Notes under the pieces: generated by a model
Told to the model about the DNA's origin: nothing
Database searches by the model: none
What the model saw: the letters and a program-made list of their open reading frames with translations, nothing else
Made by a program: the position numbers and the translations under genes
Part shown: positions 28,620 through 32,089 of the stretch, piece by piece
Layout: every line of letters starts with the position of its first letter
Numbering within the stretch: the stretch's first letter is position 1
From: Candidatus Magasanikiibacteriota bacterium
GTDB lineage: Bacteria; Patescibacteriota; Patescibacteriia; Magasanikbacterales; UBA922
DNA length: 32,089 nt
Direction of reading: 5' to 3'
NCBI GenBank assembly: GCA_012800155.1
Contig: JAAZJX010000012.1
Location: 1 to 32,089, forward strand

Positions 28620-29387
28620 TTATTTTTTAATTTGATTTTTCCTCCATTCTGCAATCTTTTTATGATCACCGCTTAACAAAATTTCTGGAACTTTCCAACC
28701 TTTAAAATCAGCTGGCTTAGTATATTGAGGATATTCTTTTAAAAATTCCCAATCTAAATTTTCAATTTCTAATTTATTATTTTGATTTTTCAAATTTAAA
28801 TTTATTTTATTATTCCCACCAAAAGTTTCTTCTAATAATGAATCTTCATTACCAAGTACTCCCGGTATTAAACGAGAAATACTTTCAATCATAACTAAAG
28901 CAGGTAATTCTCCTCCGGCCAACACATAAGGACCAACCGAAACTTCTTCATCTACCATATAATCAACTACTCGCTGATCAATACCTTCATAACGGCCACA
29001 CACAAAAGTAATTTCATCTAATTTACTTAAACGTTCTGCCATTCGCTGATCAAATTGTTGACCACGAGGTGATAATAAAATTGTGCGTTTTTTCTTTTGT
29101 AAATCACCAGTAAAAATTTTCTTTACTTTTATTAAACTATCATCTTTGCTAAAAGGAATTGCTCCTAAACTTTTCAAAGCTTTGTAAAATGGTTCAGGTT
29201 TCATTACCATTCCTGCTCCTCCACCATATGGTGTATCATCAACTGTTTGTCTTTTATCATCAGTAAAATCGCGCAAATTAACAGGATTGATTTGAAGCAA
29301 ATTATTTTTTTGAGCACGATCAAGAATAGTTTCTGAACAATAAGAACTTATAATTTTAGGAAAGATGGTTATAATATTAAAACGCAT
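28620..29387 (-). CDS. trmD: tRNA (guanine37-N1)-methyltransferase
   Basis: VDDTPYGGGAGMVMK, CGRYEGIDQRV, YVLAGGELPA, EYPQYTKP. Confidence 0.98.
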   Translation of the reverse strand: MRFNIITIFPKIISSYCSETILDRAQKNNLLQINPVNLRDFTDDKRQTVDDTPYGGGAGMVMKPEPFYKALKSLGAIPFSKDDSLIKVKKIFTGDLQKKKRTILLSPRGQQFDQRMAERLSKLDEITFVCGRYEGIDQRVVDYMVDEEVSVGPYVLAGGELPALVMIESISRLIPGVLGNEDSLLEETFGGNNKINLNLKNQNNKLEIENLDWEFLKEYPQYTKPADFKGWKVPEILLSGDHKKIAEWRKNQIKK

Positions 29388-29511
29388 AATATTTATTAAA
29401 AAATATTTAATAATTCCAAAATTTAAATTTCTAATATTAAATTAAATTCAAAATAATAATTTTAAATTTATTTTAAAAATCTTAATACTTAATGTAAAAC
29501 TAAAATAAATT

Positions 29512-30780
<1,269 letters not shown>

Positions 30781-30817
30781 TTAAATTTGTGTTCTTAAAC
30801 ACAATTTATTAAATAAA

Positions 30818-32071
30818 TTAATTATACTTAAAAAGTATAGAATATTTAGCAATTGGTTTCTTACTTAAAAAATAATAAGTTTCACCTACTCCACCATGAA
30901 CACTTGATACTGCTTTTTGATTTTTATAATTATACAATTTTTTAATTGTTAAAATAAGTTCTTCATTTTTTGGTTGTATAATTCTAACTTTATCTCCCAC
31001 TCGCAAAGCATTATGCGGTATAATACAAACTTTTTCATTTTCATAATTCACTACTTCACCAACAAATTTTTCTTCACTAAGAAGATGGCTAAACTCTGTA
31101 TTTTGTTCAACAGTCTCTCTACCAAACAAAAAGCCAGTAGTATAACCGCGAGTCATTAAATTATCTAAATATTTTTTCTTCAATTGTTTTAATTTTTTCT
31201 TTTTTTCAACAAGAGAAATTTTACTCTTAACAATGTCTAATCCCAAACGATAAGTTTTTACAATAGTAGATAAATAAGCTACACTCTTAGCTCGACCTTC
31301 TATTTTAAAACTTATTACTCCAGCTTCAATCAATTCATTCAAATATTCAATCATACATATATCTTTGGAATTAAAAATATAAGTACCATTTTTATCTTCT
31401 TCAACTGGTATTTTTATTCCTAAATGATTTTGATCTTCAATTTCTACATTTATGTTATTTATATTATATTTCCAACGACAAGGTTGAGAACAATCACCTA
31501 AATTAGCTGAACGACCAGACAACCAAGCGCTCAACATACATCTTCCTGAATAACTCATACACATCGCCCCATGAGCAAAATATTCTAATTCTACTTTTGG
31601 CACTCGTTTATGAATTTCTTTTATTTCTTCAAGAGTTACTTCTCTACCTAAAACTACTCGTTTCACTCCCTGTTCATACCAAAATTTTACAGCTTGCCAA
31701 TTAGTCGCATTAGCTTGAGTGGAAAGATGAATAATTAAATTTGGAGCATATTTTTTTACCATTTGTAAAATTCCTGGATCAGAAACTAATAATCCATCTG
31801 GTTTCCAATCATTTAATTTTTTTAAATAAATTGGTAATTTTTCTAAATGTTGATTATGGGCATAAATATTTACTGTCACATAAATTTTCTTTTTTAATTT
31901 ATGTGCTTCTTCTATAGCTTGTCTAACATCATCCAAAGTAAATTTATTTATACGCACACGCAAACTAAAATCTGGAATGCCCATATATACAGCATCAGCA
32001 CCATAAGCAAAAGCATAACGCATTTTTTCCAGACTACCCGCTGGAGCTAAAAGTTCTATTTTCTTAATCAT
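30818..32071 (-). CDS. Peptidase U32 family protein, TrhP/YegQ-like (tRNA hydroxylation likely)
   Basis: ELLAPAG, GADAVY, HLSTQ, GAMCMSYSGRC, CSQPCR, KIEGR. Confidence 0.9.
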   Translation of the reverse strand: MIKKIELLAPAGSLEKMRYAFAYGADAVYMGIPDFSLRVRINKFTLDDVRQAIEEAHKLKKKIYVTVNIYAHNQHLEKLPIYLKKLNDWKPDGLLVSDPGILQMVKKYAPNLIIHLSTQANATNWQAVKFWYEQGVKRVVLGREVTLEEIKEIHKRVPKVELEYFAHGAMCMSYSGRCMLSAWLSGRSANLGDCSQPCRWKYNINNINVEIEDQNHLGIKIPVEEDKNGTYIFNSKDICMIEYLNELIEAGVISFKIEGRAKSVAYLSTIVKTYRLGLDIVKSKISLVEKKKKLKQLKKKYLDNLMTRGYTTGFLFGRETVEQNTEFSHLLSEEKFVGEVVNYENEKVCIIPHNALRVGDKVRIIQPKNEELILTIKKLYNYKNQKAVSSVHGGVGETYYFLSKKPIAKYSILFKYN

Positions 32072-32089
32072 AATATATTTAATATATAA

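Overview
Very AT-rich core-genome window from a Patescibacteria/CPR bacterium (no uL30 gene between rpsE and rplO, unlinked 16S, CPR-type 16S substitutions; Parcubacteria/ABY1-like is an inference). Almost everything is on the minus strand: U32 protein, eno, trmD, a solitary 16S rRNA, an orphan gene, tuf-rpsJ, rplC to secY, adk-map-yqgF-recO, a tRNA-Asn locus, asnS, an RsmB/F-type methyltransferase, aspS, scpA/scpB and envelope genes. tRNA-Leu and a metallophosphoesterase lie on plus. The most striking feature is in the apparently empty 9.6-10.6 kb gap: a sigma70 promoter, then a near-leaderless 25-aa peptide with five tandem Asn codons, then mutually exclusive antiterminator/terminator hairpins, then tRNA-Asn. 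This looks like a ribosome-mediated attenuator through which a tRNA controls its own transcription. The intact tRNA-Asn is nested in the anticodon loop of an older decayed tRNA-Asn and framed by a palindromic micro-element that also interrupts a partial tRNA-Leu duplicate at the window start. All calls come from reading the sequence by eye; no searches or folding were run.
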